Assembly (NCBI GenBank): GCA_951406725.2
Contig: OX597817.1
Coordinates: forward strand, 170,004,001 to 170,068,000
Source of the DNA: Octopus vulgaris
Lineage: Eukaryota
Length of the DNA: 64,000 nt
Direction: 5' to 3'
Shown here piece by piece: positions 25,735-38,580 of this stretch; position 1 is the stretch's first letter; each line of letters starts with the position of its first letter. The notes under the pieces are model-generated. The model was not told the DNA's origin. It ran no database searches and was given only the letters and a program-made list of their open reading frames with translations. A program made the translations under genes and the position numbers.

Positions 25735-25960
25735 AATTTATTGTAGCAGGGAACTTTAATGGCCATCTCCGTAAGTCCCAACACATCTACAGTGGTATAC
25801 GTAATGTGTGGCAAAGGGGAGCATTTGTTGTGTGGTGTTCGGTGATTCAAATAATTTAATTATCTATGTTATTAATTTCAGAAAGTCAGTCAACCAACGA
25901 AGTGTCTACCAATCAAGTGGAGTTATATAGATTTTGCTCTCAATAAGCAAATGGTAAAGA
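25735..25960 (+). pseudogene. Decayed AP-endonuclease fragment of an RTE LINE
   Basis: IVAGNFNGHL..SNNLII..NFRKS..YQSSG..IDF resembles GDFNGHVG..NTxFxK..TYxSG..IDY. Confidence 0.6.
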
Positions 25961-28900
25961 CTATAAATTCAGTCCCTTCAATAAGAGGGAGTTAAGAATA
26001 AAATAAGTAATGAATGAAATGGGCAATTAAGATTTTCTAATTATCTGTATCTTTCATGTATTGAAACTACACTTTGATCAGAAGCTAATTGTCTTCAAAT
26101 ATTCCATTTGTATACATACATTTCTTTGGGTAGGGTTTCAACACTAAACCTTTATTTAGGAAATAGACTTTCAATGTTCTTATGCACTATGCCAATGTCA
26201 TGTAAATTCAAATTTGCATGAAGCCCAATGATATGTGTATATGTAGACCTCCAAACATAGAACAGATAGAAGCAGAATAAATAGAGTTAACTGTGCTTGA
26301 AGCCTAAACCATTGTAATAACAATGAAATACAAACAGGAGTGCATTGAAGATGAACATTGATCTAGTAGAGATTATTTAACAAGTACAATAAAATGTCAA
26401 CTGTGAGGACAAGGAGTTATCACATTTTAAATAATGATGAGAACAACAGACGCTAAACCAAGTCTGTGATTGGATCTAGAAACTTACCCATGTTACAAAT
26501 AGATTAGATTGAATGTGTAATAAATTAGATTATAATGCTAAAAAAGAATCAGATGGTGGTGGTATCAATGATCCACTTGAAATCAGGATTAGAAATACTT
26601 TTAGGAAGGTATTACTGTAAGTGTTTACCTGACAATTCAACTCTTTCTCTCACACTCTCTAATTATGATAACAATGAGAGTGAGTTCCAAGGCTTATACT
26701 CTGCTCATTCATGACTTATCACTCTCACTTTTTCATTTCTCAAAATGTTGGCAGTCATAAACTATCATATTCTTTACAACCAAGACTCCATTCTCTTACT
26801 CAGTGAATCTTAATATAGTTTTCTACAACCAGATCTACTAGAGATAAGTTTTATTACATTACATTAGTTATTAGTGAATGTTACATACTTAGTTTCTCTT
26901 TGACAATTCTTGTAGACATAGGAATAGTTATCTATGCTCTCTCTATACTCTAGCGACTTCTTAAATTAACCATTCTTAAATTAAATCTAGAACTCATTTT
27001 GATAAGAAATAGTGTGTCCTTTATTTTACTTTTCTTCAATAAAGTTAAAATAGGTAAGAAATGTTTAATCACAACTTAAAAACGATAATGATTAATAAAG
27101 AATGGCAATTCTTTCTGTGCAGGAAATATTCTAACAATGATATTCTTACAAGATTATATAAGTGACATTTGAGATTGGAGGAAAGTGAAGGAGGAAAAAC
27201 CATGGATCAGCAAATACAGTCCATTCAATGATCTTCCATACAATTTCCATACATTAAAAGTCACATCTGTCAACAAGAGAAACTTCTACCTGCCAGAAAT
27301 TCTGGCTAAATTTCCTTCAAATAACACTACCGTTACAAATGAAGGATAGATTGAATAATATGGTGTAAACTGGAATGCATTTTAATCATGTCTGTCTGAT
27401 CAGTTTTGACCTGGGGCTAAATAACAACAACTATTACAGTTTCACTAACAAATCTTGGATTATCTCCACGCCATGGTGGAAGACTCTTTCTCAAGGTGCT
27501 GCACAGAGGGATCGAACCCAAGACCACTTTAACCATATGAGCAACATTGGTATTTCACTTGATGGCTGAAGGTTATAGATTAAAAGTATTCATTCCATCA
27601 AGGAAATAGTTAATTAAAAATGATCTGTGCTGTCTTAGCTGATGCTTGAGATGGGTTTTTTTCTTTTACTGGTTCCTACAAATTAGATGCAATGAATTAT
27701 TCATTTAATCAAGAAATAGTGAAAATAGTAAGGAACAAGTTGTTTGAGAGTCCACCTTAGTGTTGCAGGTGATCTTCTGATCTCATCAACACCAAATCTG
27801 TCACTTTCACTGTTATAAGATACCGAATACAACATTGTTTACTTGTTAATTATTGTAAATTTGCTAAGTGATTCTCTCATCATTATTTCAGCAAGTACTG
27901 AGAAATCTATGCTTCACACACTTGCCCAAAAACACTGAAACATGTCCAGCAGTCTTTTCTGTATGTACCAAAATAATTGAAATAGACTTCAGTACTGAGC
28001 TGATTACTTTTTCTCATTATCTAATGATTTTTGATTAGCTTTTTGATGCTCACTGCAATAAATATGTCAACACTAACTTCACTATTGTTTTCATGCAAAT
28101 GACATCGACAAGTAAATTCCCTTATTAATTTGTTTTTTTTTTAATCATCCTAAATTTCACACCTACACATTGAGTAAGTCCCTCATCACTACAAGTATAG
28201 AAAAGTTTGCGCTTCTTTTAGAAGGTCTAATAAGAGAAAAATCTGTCTACAATTGTCTCCTATACTTGTTGAAATGATTAAAATAATATTAGATATTTAC
28301 TTCACCCACCCTCATATAAATATGGGGTAGCCATATATCTTCTCTACAACAAACCTGTTCTTGTCTCTTCTGTCATACTTTAACCTCTCAACACCTTGCA
28401 TGAAACCACCTCCCTCTCTATTATCCTCCCTCTCAGTTTGAGTGGGCTCTTTAGTTTTTTGTAAGTTACATGGCAATCTCACTAGTGGTGGTGCCACTGA
28501 AAAAAAGCAGCCAATATGATCTGTAAAATGAATGGCATTAAGAAGAGCTTTCAGTCATACAAACAATAACAAAACTGATACGCTGGAGCAAGACATGGCC
28601 CTCCAGTCTGTTGGATTCTGCCAAATAGTCCAACACATGCCAGTATAGAAAGTGAACATGAAATGAGGACGGTAATGATGACCTAGTGTTGTATTCCCCT
28701 CACAACATAATTATTTTAAATTAGTTTTTGATGCTCTGTGCATTAAGTATGTTAACACTAACCTAACTACAGATTAGTTAGCTGAGTAACTGCTGCAGTT
28801 ACCAAGATGAAGTTGAGTAACTGATTAATGAGATACATTGGATTTTTTTTCTCTGAATTTTACTATTCAAGAATGAAATAACTGAACAACTTAGAATGTT

Positions 28901-29246
28901 ATCGAAGCAATAATTGATTAGAGCTCTGAAAGAACAGAATATGTCTACTGAAAGCTAAAAAATTATAATCAAACAATACCTTATTTTCCTCTAAGTTTGG
29001 ACACTAGTAGACCACAACTACACTGAAAATTAACAAATCATTTCATCTATAATGAAATGTTTTTCAATTACTGATTGTAACTGAAACATAAATTGATTAT
29101 AGCTTAATATAAATCCAACACCTAACTGAACTTTTACCTAACACACACACCTGGGAAAAATAATTTTAAACATTGATGTCAACATAAAATATACTGCCAC
29201 TTATCATTTGCAATAAGGGACACACATGACTTAGTGATATAGCAGA

Positions 29247-29293
29247 CCCTGAGACACCAGTGTTTTAGCATGACTGTGCCTCTTCAGTCAGAG
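29247..29293 (-). ncRNA. Decayed type I hammerhead ribozyme motif
   Basis: Minus: CTCTGA-CTGAAGA-GGCA-cagtca-TGCT-AAAAC-actggt-GTC-TCAGGG. All three stems present; GAAA reads AAAA. Confidence 0.65.
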
Positions 29294-29390
29294 ACATTTT
29301 CTAAAGGGAAGTGTTCTCGAAAGACAAACTTCAACTGTTAGAAGCATATTTATGTTCACATCTGATGGAATGTGTTAAAAATGAATATAC

Positions 29391-29562
29391 AGGCACAGGA
29401 GTGGCTGTATGTTAAGTAGCTTGCTTACCAGCCACATGGTTCCAGGTTCAGTCCCACTGTGTGGCACCTTGGGCAAGTGTCTTCTACTATAGCCTCGGGC
29501 CGACCAAAGCTTTGTGAGTGGATTTGGTAGACGGAAACTGAAAGAAGCCCGTCGTATATATG

Positions 29563-29600
<38 letters not shown>

Positions 29601-29822
29601 TGTGCGTGTGTGTTTGTGTGTCTGTGTTTGTCCCCCTAGTATTGCTTGACAACCGATGGTGGTGTGTTTATGTCCCCGTCACTTAGCGGTTTGGCAGAAG
29701 AGACTGATAGAATAAGTACTGGGCTTACAAAGAATAAGTCCCGGGGTCGAATTGCTCGATTAAAAGTGGTGCTCCAGCATGGCCGCAGTCAAATGACTGA
29801 AACAAGTAAAAGAGTAAAGAGT
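29391..29822 (+). mobile_element. tRNA-SINE family B, full length
   Basis: Same organisation as 7804-8203. Confidence 0.92.
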
Positions 29823-30875
29823 AATACACATCGTTATTTTGACTCTCACTGTTCTGCACGCTCTCAGTAATATAATATCTGCTTGGCAGACATTAGCATA
29901 CATCAGAAAAAATTTTATCTGCTGAATTCTGAGATTAAGAACAACTTTGCTTGTTTAGATTCAGAATTCCCAGTAGTACTTCTGATTAAAGAGGCACAAT
30001 TATGCCAGAGAAGTGTCACAGGAGTTTGCTACATCACTGAATCATGCAGGTTGTCAATATACATTGTAGAAAATGAAACTGAACAGCTCAAATCTGTGAG
30101 AACATGTCAAGAACGACATCTTTGTTTTGGTTGCTGTATGCTCACAGTTATTCAATAATACTAATACTAATAATTGTCTCAAATTTTGGCACAAAGCTAG
30201 TAGTTTTAAAGAAACAGGTTAATTGATAGTTGACTGAATCTTTATTGATCCCAGAGGGATCCCATGTTGGCATGAATTAGGTGGGTTGTCATGGGAGCTA
30301 CTACTATAAAAGACTAATGCTTGTATATGTCATTTGGCTTGGTTTCTTTGATGTCCTTCTTTATAGAGTGTGCTGGGTACATTTTCTTGTGGTACCAACA
30401 CTATAATTCTTAGTAAACTAAGAAGTGTAAACTGAGAAGGGAAATAAGAGACCAATGCTAGCAGAAAGGGTAGAAATGGGTAACTCAAAGGAGGATAGGA
30501 GTACCAGGTTCAAACAACAACAACAGGTTCAAACCACCACCACAAAAAATACTATTAGACCACATTGAATAGTTGAATAGGTGGCAAAGCTCATATTCTT
30601 AGGTATTTTCTGTCTAAAGACTTTTTGTTAAGGTTTGAAGGTTAACAAGAAGAAGACAAAAAACAACAAAATCTAATATTTTAAATCTATGCTGTGCAAT
30701 GAATGAAAATGTGCCAAATCAACATTGAAGAGAAAGAAAAATTAATAAAGGAAACAATAACACCATGTTAGATAAGGAAGAGAGATAAGAGAATTTGATG
30801 AAAGTCAGATAATTTACAAATACTGAGAAACTAATGTATTAGATAGAGTTTAACATACAAATGAAAGAAACATTT

Positions 30876-31041
30876 AGGCGCAGGAGTGGCTGTGTGGTAA
30901 GTAGCTTGCCAACCAACCACATGGTTCCGGGTTCAGTCCCACAACGTGGCATCTTGGGCAAGTGTCTTCTGCTATAGCCTCGGGCCGACCAATACCTTGT
31001 GAGTGGATTTGGTAGACGGAAACTGAAAGAAGCCTGTCGTA

Positions 31042-31096
<55 letters not shown>

Positions 31097-31305
31097 TTGT
31101 GTATCTGTGTTTGTCCCCCTAGCATTGCTTGACAACCGATGCTGGTGTGTTTACGTCCCCGTAACTTAGCAGTTCGGCAAAAGAGACCGATAGAATAAGT
31201 ACTGGGCTTACAAAGAATAAGTCCCGGGGTCGATTTGCTCGACTTAAGGTGGTGCTCCAGCATGGCCGCAGTCAAATGATTGAAACAAGTAAAAGAGAAA
31301 GAGAA
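30876..31305 (+). mobile_element. tRNA-SINE family B, full length
   Basis: Same organisation as 7804-8203. Confidence 0.92.
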
Positions 31306-31679
31306 GGAATATTATAGATGCATTAGATTAGTACTTAAAACATAACAAATTAATAAAAATAAAACACTGAGTATGAATATTCAAGTTGTTTTAGTGCTAA
31401 GTTATAGTTGTATTTTTAACAGGAGGTTAAGTGAACTAGCAATACTAGACAGTTGAAAAAGAACAATATAACTGCATTTAAAATACAAGAACAAAAAGCT
31501 AACACAAGTACCACAAATAGAGGGAAGGAAGGGGCCTTTTGTAATAACAAAATTGTCATATAATTTCTATGGTAGGGCTACAAAAATATCTAGTACAATA
31601 AATGGAAACTAATACAGATAACTACAAAGCATGAAGAAAACTAAAAATTGTTTCCTTTTTGCAAGGAAACCAGTAAATG

Positions 31680-32460
31680 AAAAACAGAGACTGGAGTAAT
31701 ATGCAGCTGTGAGGAGAATGGAGAAACAACAAGAGAAAACTATTAAAGAACTAAAAGCTAGTATAAGAATTGGATTACAAAAGGTTATGTTAAGTCAATG
31801 AAAGAAAACTTTGTACATTGCCAATAATTTACAAGGTTGAACAAAACAAAAGCGAATATGTCACAGCCCTAGTTGAGAAGTACAGGACTCAAAGGCTGTC
31901 ATGGAACGATTTTTTAATATAGCACAAGACTGAAGTCTTCCCTCCTGAAATTGTGTCAATAATATGAAACATTAACAGAAAATAGATGGTGCAAACATAC
32001 ACCATGAATGGGTTGATATTGACTGTACTATCCTGATGATGTCAAATAGACCAAAACATATGTCCACAGCTGTTCCTTGCTTGGAAACAAAGATCAAATT
32101 GTCCTCTCCTTAAATATGTAAACAGTTATGTATATTTTTAGGCAAGTGTAATCTGTATGATTAAAAGTTAAAAGAAATAACTCAAAAGGTGTCAACAGCA
32201 TGAATTTGAATAACTAAGATAATGTGGGATATATTGAATGTGGTATATAATTTATTTAGATTTTCCTCTAAGTTATGATTCACAAAAAGATAGGGAGAAA
32301 ATTTCAAGAAATTAAGAAATTTTCGAAGTTAATTTACATGCTTATATTATTGACAAAGGACAGTGAAGTGAACTAAAGGAAATAACTCAACAGGCTTAAC
32401 TCAGTTAGGCAGTACTATACTGATAAGGTCAAATAAAATGAAACCTGTGTCCATTCTTTT
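31680..32460 (+). mobile_element. Heavily decayed Penelope-like element 3' end (GIY-YIG remnant plus two hammerhead remnants)
   Basis: TGVICSCEENGETTR..TALVE..LSWNDF..NINRK/DGANIHHEW resembles GVxYxIxC..YIGETxR..SAxxEH..W..NRDxG..W, directly followed by hammerhead-like motifs at 32024-32068 and 32412-32453. Confidence 0.5.
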
Positions 32461-32871
32461 CTCATGCTGGCAAACAAAAATGAAAATGGTCTCTATTTTT
32501 GTTTTCTTTCTCCAACTTCAATAAACTAAGAATTTGAGTATGCTGTCCTTTCATTTTAAAGAATTTTTTGGGTCATAGCCTCAAGTTTGCCCAATACTTT
32601 GTAGGTAAATTTTAGTAGTTGAGAAATGTACAGAAACTCTGTAAGTGTATGCATGTGTATGTGTGTGTGCACACGTGCATGCATGAGTACGTGTGCACAT
32701 GAATATATGCAGAGTAGGTTTCTGTACAGTTGCTATCTACACAGAAAGTGTTGGTTAACCTGAGGCTGTAGCAGAAGAAACTTGCCAAAAATGTCATGCA
32801 GTGGGATTGAACTCAGAACAACATGGTTGAAGAGTGAACTTTTTGAACACATACACATGATTACACATTTA

Positions 32872-33271
32872 ACTTACTCTATTACTTGTTTCAGTCATTT
32901 GACTGCGGCCATGCTGGAGCACCGCCTTTAATCGAGCAACTCGATCCCGGGACTTATTCTTTTGTAAGCCCAGTACTTATTCTACTGGTCGTTTTTGCCG
33001 AACCGCTAAGTAACGGGGACATAAACACACCAGCATCGGTTGTCAAGCAATGCTAGGGGGACAAACACAGACACACACACACACTCATATATATATATAC
33101 ATATATACGACGGGCTTCTTTCAGTTTCCGTCTACCAAATCCACTCACAAGGCATTGGTCGGCCCGGGGCTATAGCAGAAGACACTTGCCTAAGGTGCCA
33201 TGCAGTGGGACTGAACCCGGAACCATGTGGTTGGTAAACAAGCTACTTACCACACAGCCACTCCTGCGCCT
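32872..33271 (-). mobile_element. tRNA-SINE family B, full length
   Basis: Reverse complement of family B; an older degraded copy abuts it at 32645-32860. Confidence 0.92.
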
Positions 33272-34998
33272 ACTTTCTATTAATTTTAGAAACTTTATAA
33301 ACTGACTTTTTCCCCATGTAGACCATCACTGATTTGAATGGTTTCTGGTGTTTTACTTGGTGTGAAAATCCATATAAGAGTTGAGTAGACATAAATCATG
33401 TGTGATCTCAGATCTTAAGACTACATGAAGTTAGGCAATCAATGCAACAACAATAAAAGTTTATTTTGTTTGATAATTTGCTTACAAAATCTTTGTATTA
33501 ATTTGGAAATCCACTAAAAGTTACTTATTAGGCTTGTGAAGGATGTATTTCTTATTACAATGCCCTATTGAAAAGCTATTCAAATCTGAGATAAAAAAAA
33601 ATCTTAGTTATATATAAGCAACAAGAAATTAAAATGAGAAGTAATATCATCTTCAACTCCCTTGATATGCATCATAGCACAGATTATAAAATAATATTGC
33701 TTTGAACCAATTTCTACAATATATGGTTGCATAACAACTGAGCCAATGGCTGTATAGAAATAGATTTAGAACATTTTGGTATTATACCAATACTGTTTCA
33801 TTTAACAATCAGTTGGCAGGAGATTACCAAGCAGATTTTGAGTTTTGTTAAAAGCTTGTTTAATCTAAGACAGTTTGTCATGATAGCTATGGGTGTAGAA
33901 GGTGGAAATTTTATATCATTTTCAAGAAACAGAAATAATCAAAAAGTAATCCATTCATCAAAATTCATCTCTCAAACATCAAAATTTGTTCAGCGAATCC
34001 TATGAAATTGATAATTATCTTTTTTGTCAGAAGATTTTATCTGTTACTTGTCTCTATGTGTTACTTAAATATCAAGTTATCTCAAGTTGAAATAATATTT
34101 TACTGCAAAAAATTATTTTTTGACACTTTCAGTATAGAGTAAGGGACATTGCCCATGATCATTTTAGGCCTTTTTGTAAAGGTCATGTCCAACACCTCTT
34201 CCTCTAGACTCAGTTTGTATTGAATAAATGGATAACTGAATTCTACAAAAAATCTCTGCTATTTTTCCCTATTACTGAGTCAGGAAGAAAGGTAATATCC
34301 ACAGACATTTAACAGAGCCTCTGAAGGAAAATAAATATTCCCAAATTGATGATCAAGCCTATATATTTACAATAGAGAGTACTCTGCTAAAGCAACAAAG
34401 AATTAGGTTAAACCAGGAAGTGGTTATTTCGATTATAAATCAGCAACTTTCTTTGTGGTAAGGCATTTCTAAATATGATGTCTTTAATAATGGATATGCT
34501 GAAGTATGGTAAACACACTTGAAAGGGTCTTTCCCTCCCTTTGTTTACTTTAGCTTAGGTAGAGTAGGGGACCTTAAAAATTTAGTGAGGTTGATACAAT
34601 TAATAATCAAACTGAACTTCTATAGTTAGATGCAAAAAGGGAAATGCAAGCAAGGAGTGCCAGATGGATACTTTTATGAGGTAAAAGAATTGAGAAAAAT
34701 ATTTAGTTCAGGATTTGTGAAGAGGAATTAAAATTAAGCAGAGCAGAGAAGGGGCAGGTGCATTGAATAGGTTTGGGCAGAGGCAATATGTAGCTTCCAA
34801 TGTCATTTTTTTTTTTTCAAACAATAAAATGAAATGTTAGGGAAATTTGGCTATTATTTCTAGCAGGATGTGTAACCATGTAAAATCTTCTTTGTCAGTT
34901 CGTGTTATACAACAAGGTTGAGAGAGGTGAATAATGTTATAAATTCCATGATTGTATTTGTAGAAACCAGGATGTTACAGGGAAGAAATATGTCTTAA

Positions 34999-35217
34999 CC
35001 CTTTAGTATTTAAACCGGCCATATCCGGCCAAAATAGCTAATCTGTTTTATGTTCAAACTGACCAGATCCAGGCCCTCACACCTACCCTACAATGTTATT
35101 CTACATTAAGTAATTACACCATCAAGATCTTGAAGATATGAGATAATGCATGATTAATTCAAATCAATGGGAATCAATAGGCATTATGTTTGATAGAATA
35201 ATCTGAACACTAAAGGG
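34999..35217. mobile_element. piggyBac-like MITE family 1
   Basis: TTAA|CCCTTTAGT ... ACTAAAGGG|TTAA. Confidence 0.9.
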
Positions 35218-35647
35218 TTAAACAATACTGGTACACTTATTTCTAGTGAGAGTACATGTAAGAAACCTTGAAGGATCACTGTGATATTTTGTGTATTGAG
35301 GAATATAAATAGGAGAGTAATGGGCTAACCCATGTAGTAACAACAAAAAAATCAGTTGTAGACATTGTGGGTATGAAAACAACCAACCCAGTAGATAGGT
35401 GTTTAGATGTTGAAAATATCAGGTTTTGTGGGATTACACAAATTACTCATTTAGTTCATCAGATTGTTGTTTCTTTGATTTTATAGCCAATTCAATAATG
35501 ACCCAGCAGACCAAAGAAAACAGTGTTCCAACTATAAACAATCTGTTCTTTTTTCAGACATTTATGACTAAATTATCTAATGTAACCTTTTTAAAGTGAT
35601 AAGGAGTATGATTTAGGAAAATTTGGCTGATAGCTCAAGCAGGTTAA

Positions 35648-35868
35648 CCTTTTTGATACCAACCCGGCCAAAACTGCCCCTGGCTCTGTAGTACAAATGT
35701 CTTGTTTTCATAAGTATTGAATTATAATCTTGCATCAAACCTTAGTCACAGTTTATGTTCCTAACACTAGCTGAATGATAACTAAGTTATTTTACTAAAT
35801 TCTTTGTTATATTTAAAGTAATTGAAAGAAATACAGAGCATCTCAAAATAAATACAGTAATGAAAGGG
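35648..35868. mobile_element. piggyBac-like MITE family 2
   Basis: TTAA|CCTTTTTGATAC ... GTAATGAAAGGG|TTAA; second copy at 61632-61839. Confidence 0.85.
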
Positions 35869-36054
35869 TTAAAGTGAAAATGTAGAAGCTCGGAGCTGGC
35901 TTACCATTAATCAAGTAGTGCAATGGCTAGCATAGCATTATAAGCATCATCAACAACTACAAGGCAAATGGCATGAATTAATAGAAACAAGCTTCTGGTG
36001 CAAGTCATGAATGTAGTTATAAAAATCATCATAAAATTTGCATACATAAGTGAC

Positions 36055-37000
36055 ACTTTTAATTTGTGCCAGAATGTGGAATCATAGATGTCATTTTATA
36101 AAGGCAGCTTCAAGAGAAATTTGTAATGGTTCTTCTTTGCATTCATCCACCTGGAGAAGGCTTGTGAATGGGTTGTAGCCTCTTATGTTTGGCAAGCACT
36201 GAGAATGCAGAGAGCAAATAGCCTATGAAAACCAATTCAGACCATATATGAAAGTGCTGTAAGGGTAGCAGTTAATTTCATCTGTAATTTCCTGCATTTG
36301 TAGGTGCTTTCTAGGGCTTGCGTACTCTTACTCTCTTTTACTCTTTTACTTGTTCCAGTCATTTGACTGTGGCCATGCTGGAGCACCGCCTTTAGTCGAG
36401 CAAATCGACCCCAGGACTTATTCTTTGTAAGCCTAGTACTTATTCTATTGATCTCTTTTGCCGAACCGCTAAGTTACGGGGACATAAACACACCAGTCTC
36501 GGTTGTCAAGCGATGTTGTTGGAGGGGAGACAAACACAGACACACAAACACACACACATATATATACGTATACATATATACGACGAGCTTCTTTCAGTTT
36601 CCGCCTACCAAATCCACTCACAAGGCTTTGGTTGGCTCGAGGCTATAGTAGAAGACACTTGCGCAAGGTGCCACACAGTGGGACTGAACCCAGAACCATG
36701 TGGTCGGTAAGCAAGCTACTTACCACACAGCCACTCCTGCACCTATCCCTACTTTCATTATAGTTTTAAAGTCATAATGCAGGATTTAAAAATACCATTG
36801 TTTTTATATGGAATGAAACTGATTCTCATTTCAGAAATGTGGCAAAAATTGGTTTGGTCTAGAAGAATGGCCAGGTCAACATATCAGCATGGTTCAAACC
36901 AAAGTATTAACGAGCAAGAGATATCACAAAATTCTGATGCCATTTGGGAAGTGACATTATGCAGTGCAACTGACTGTTTGCATTGAGTACACAAACTACT
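36055..37000 (+). pseudogene. Decayed RTE reverse-transcriptase fragment split by a SINE
   Basis: FVPECGIIDVI..RQLQEKF..AFIHLEKACE..VWQALR, then after the SINE PLFLYGMKLILISE (LLYADDLVLIAE-like)..QTKVL. Confidence 0.7.
36323..36744 (-). mobile_element. tRNA-SINE family B, full length
   Basis: Reverse complement of family B. Confidence 0.92.
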
Positions 37001-38528
37001 TACTTTTTATGTGTTTTGAGGGTTGGTTAAGTGTTCAATTTCTAACTACTAATCACACAATCATGAAGTTGGAGATGATAAATACTTTCATTTGGGTGGA
37101 CAGAAAAATGAATTAATGTTCATTGCTACCAAGCTTCCCAAGCAGTTACTTCTTGAAGCACTAATCAGTGTGGATACTGTTTAGAGCTGGAATAAAGAAC
37201 ACTAAAGTGTTGGTGAATATAGTATGATAATTTGAGTGAAGCAATTAAAGGGATATATTTGACCCATTCTACCATATCTTTTACTCTTCACAAAGACGAT
37301 ATTGTGTCACTTTGTCTCTATCTTTTCCGCATGGCCACGTGTCATCAACTGAAGACTCAAACAATTCCATTCATAAGAAAATATCTAAGACTAACTTTAC
37401 AAAAGTCTACAGTTTTGACATTATACACATATAAGTTAGGGTTGTTTTAGTACATTCATTAGACTGTTCAGAGTCACATGAGCCTAGTTTTATCTAAGAA
37501 TGACAATTTGCTGAATATTCTCATTAACCATCAAACAATATTATATCTATTAAAATGTTCAGATTACAGAATCAGAATGTTGATATTATAGAGTTAGAAT
37601 GAAGAGTTTTCTCTTTTTCTTCATCAGATAATCTGATTAATAGTCAGACACATGAGTGAATATAGATATTCTTTATAGTCTATAATTCATTTTAGCATCT
37701 ATAACTCATATACAATGGTCTCCTAATCCAATATTCCTTGTATTAATCTATTAGTTTAGGTTTTCTATAGTTTGATCAGCAGGTAAGTAAAGGAAAAAAA
37801 AACTGTCTGTCAATGTGATATCAAGAAGTTAATTTTTTTTAAATGATCTATATCATACAGAAGTGATTGTTAATTTCTTTTGATTGATTACCAGTCTCTG
37901 AACATTGTAAGCAAATTGACTAGTGACCTAATTAACCATCTCCAATTATAAGTATCGAAGTTGCTTGTCTCCAACCATGAAAGACAAAGACTGAGAATTA
38001 TACTCATTTAACCTTATCTTCTAAATATATATCAAATATTTTCTCAGCTAGCAGGACTTGAAATCAGAACTATAATATTATGTATTCTGTTTGCATTCTT
38101 TGAACCTGCGACTGTCAGTTTTCATAATTTTTTCTTTTTCTTTTATTGTAAACAAACAGAATCATAAAAGACAATAAATAGACTGTCATACAGTGTGGTT
38201 GCATAACATTATTTACAATGCAATATGACAATATGCTTGGATGAATAGCAATACTCTTCCTATCTATTTCCATTGTGTGTGAAAATCTATCTGAAGTGTT
38301 CTGGGAGACACTGGTCATATTCAATATATTTATTTTCTCTTTCATTGCTGATTCAGTTCTTGCAGTAAACTGTATAATATGAATTCTGTAATATACAGAT
38401 AGGATTCCCAATGCTATCTCCTTATGGTTAAATATACTGATGAATTTAGATTGAGCAATTTCCATTTATAACACACACATCTACATCCATACACACATAT
38501 ATTACATATGTGTGTGTGTGTGTGTATG

Positions 38529-38580
<52 letters not shown>

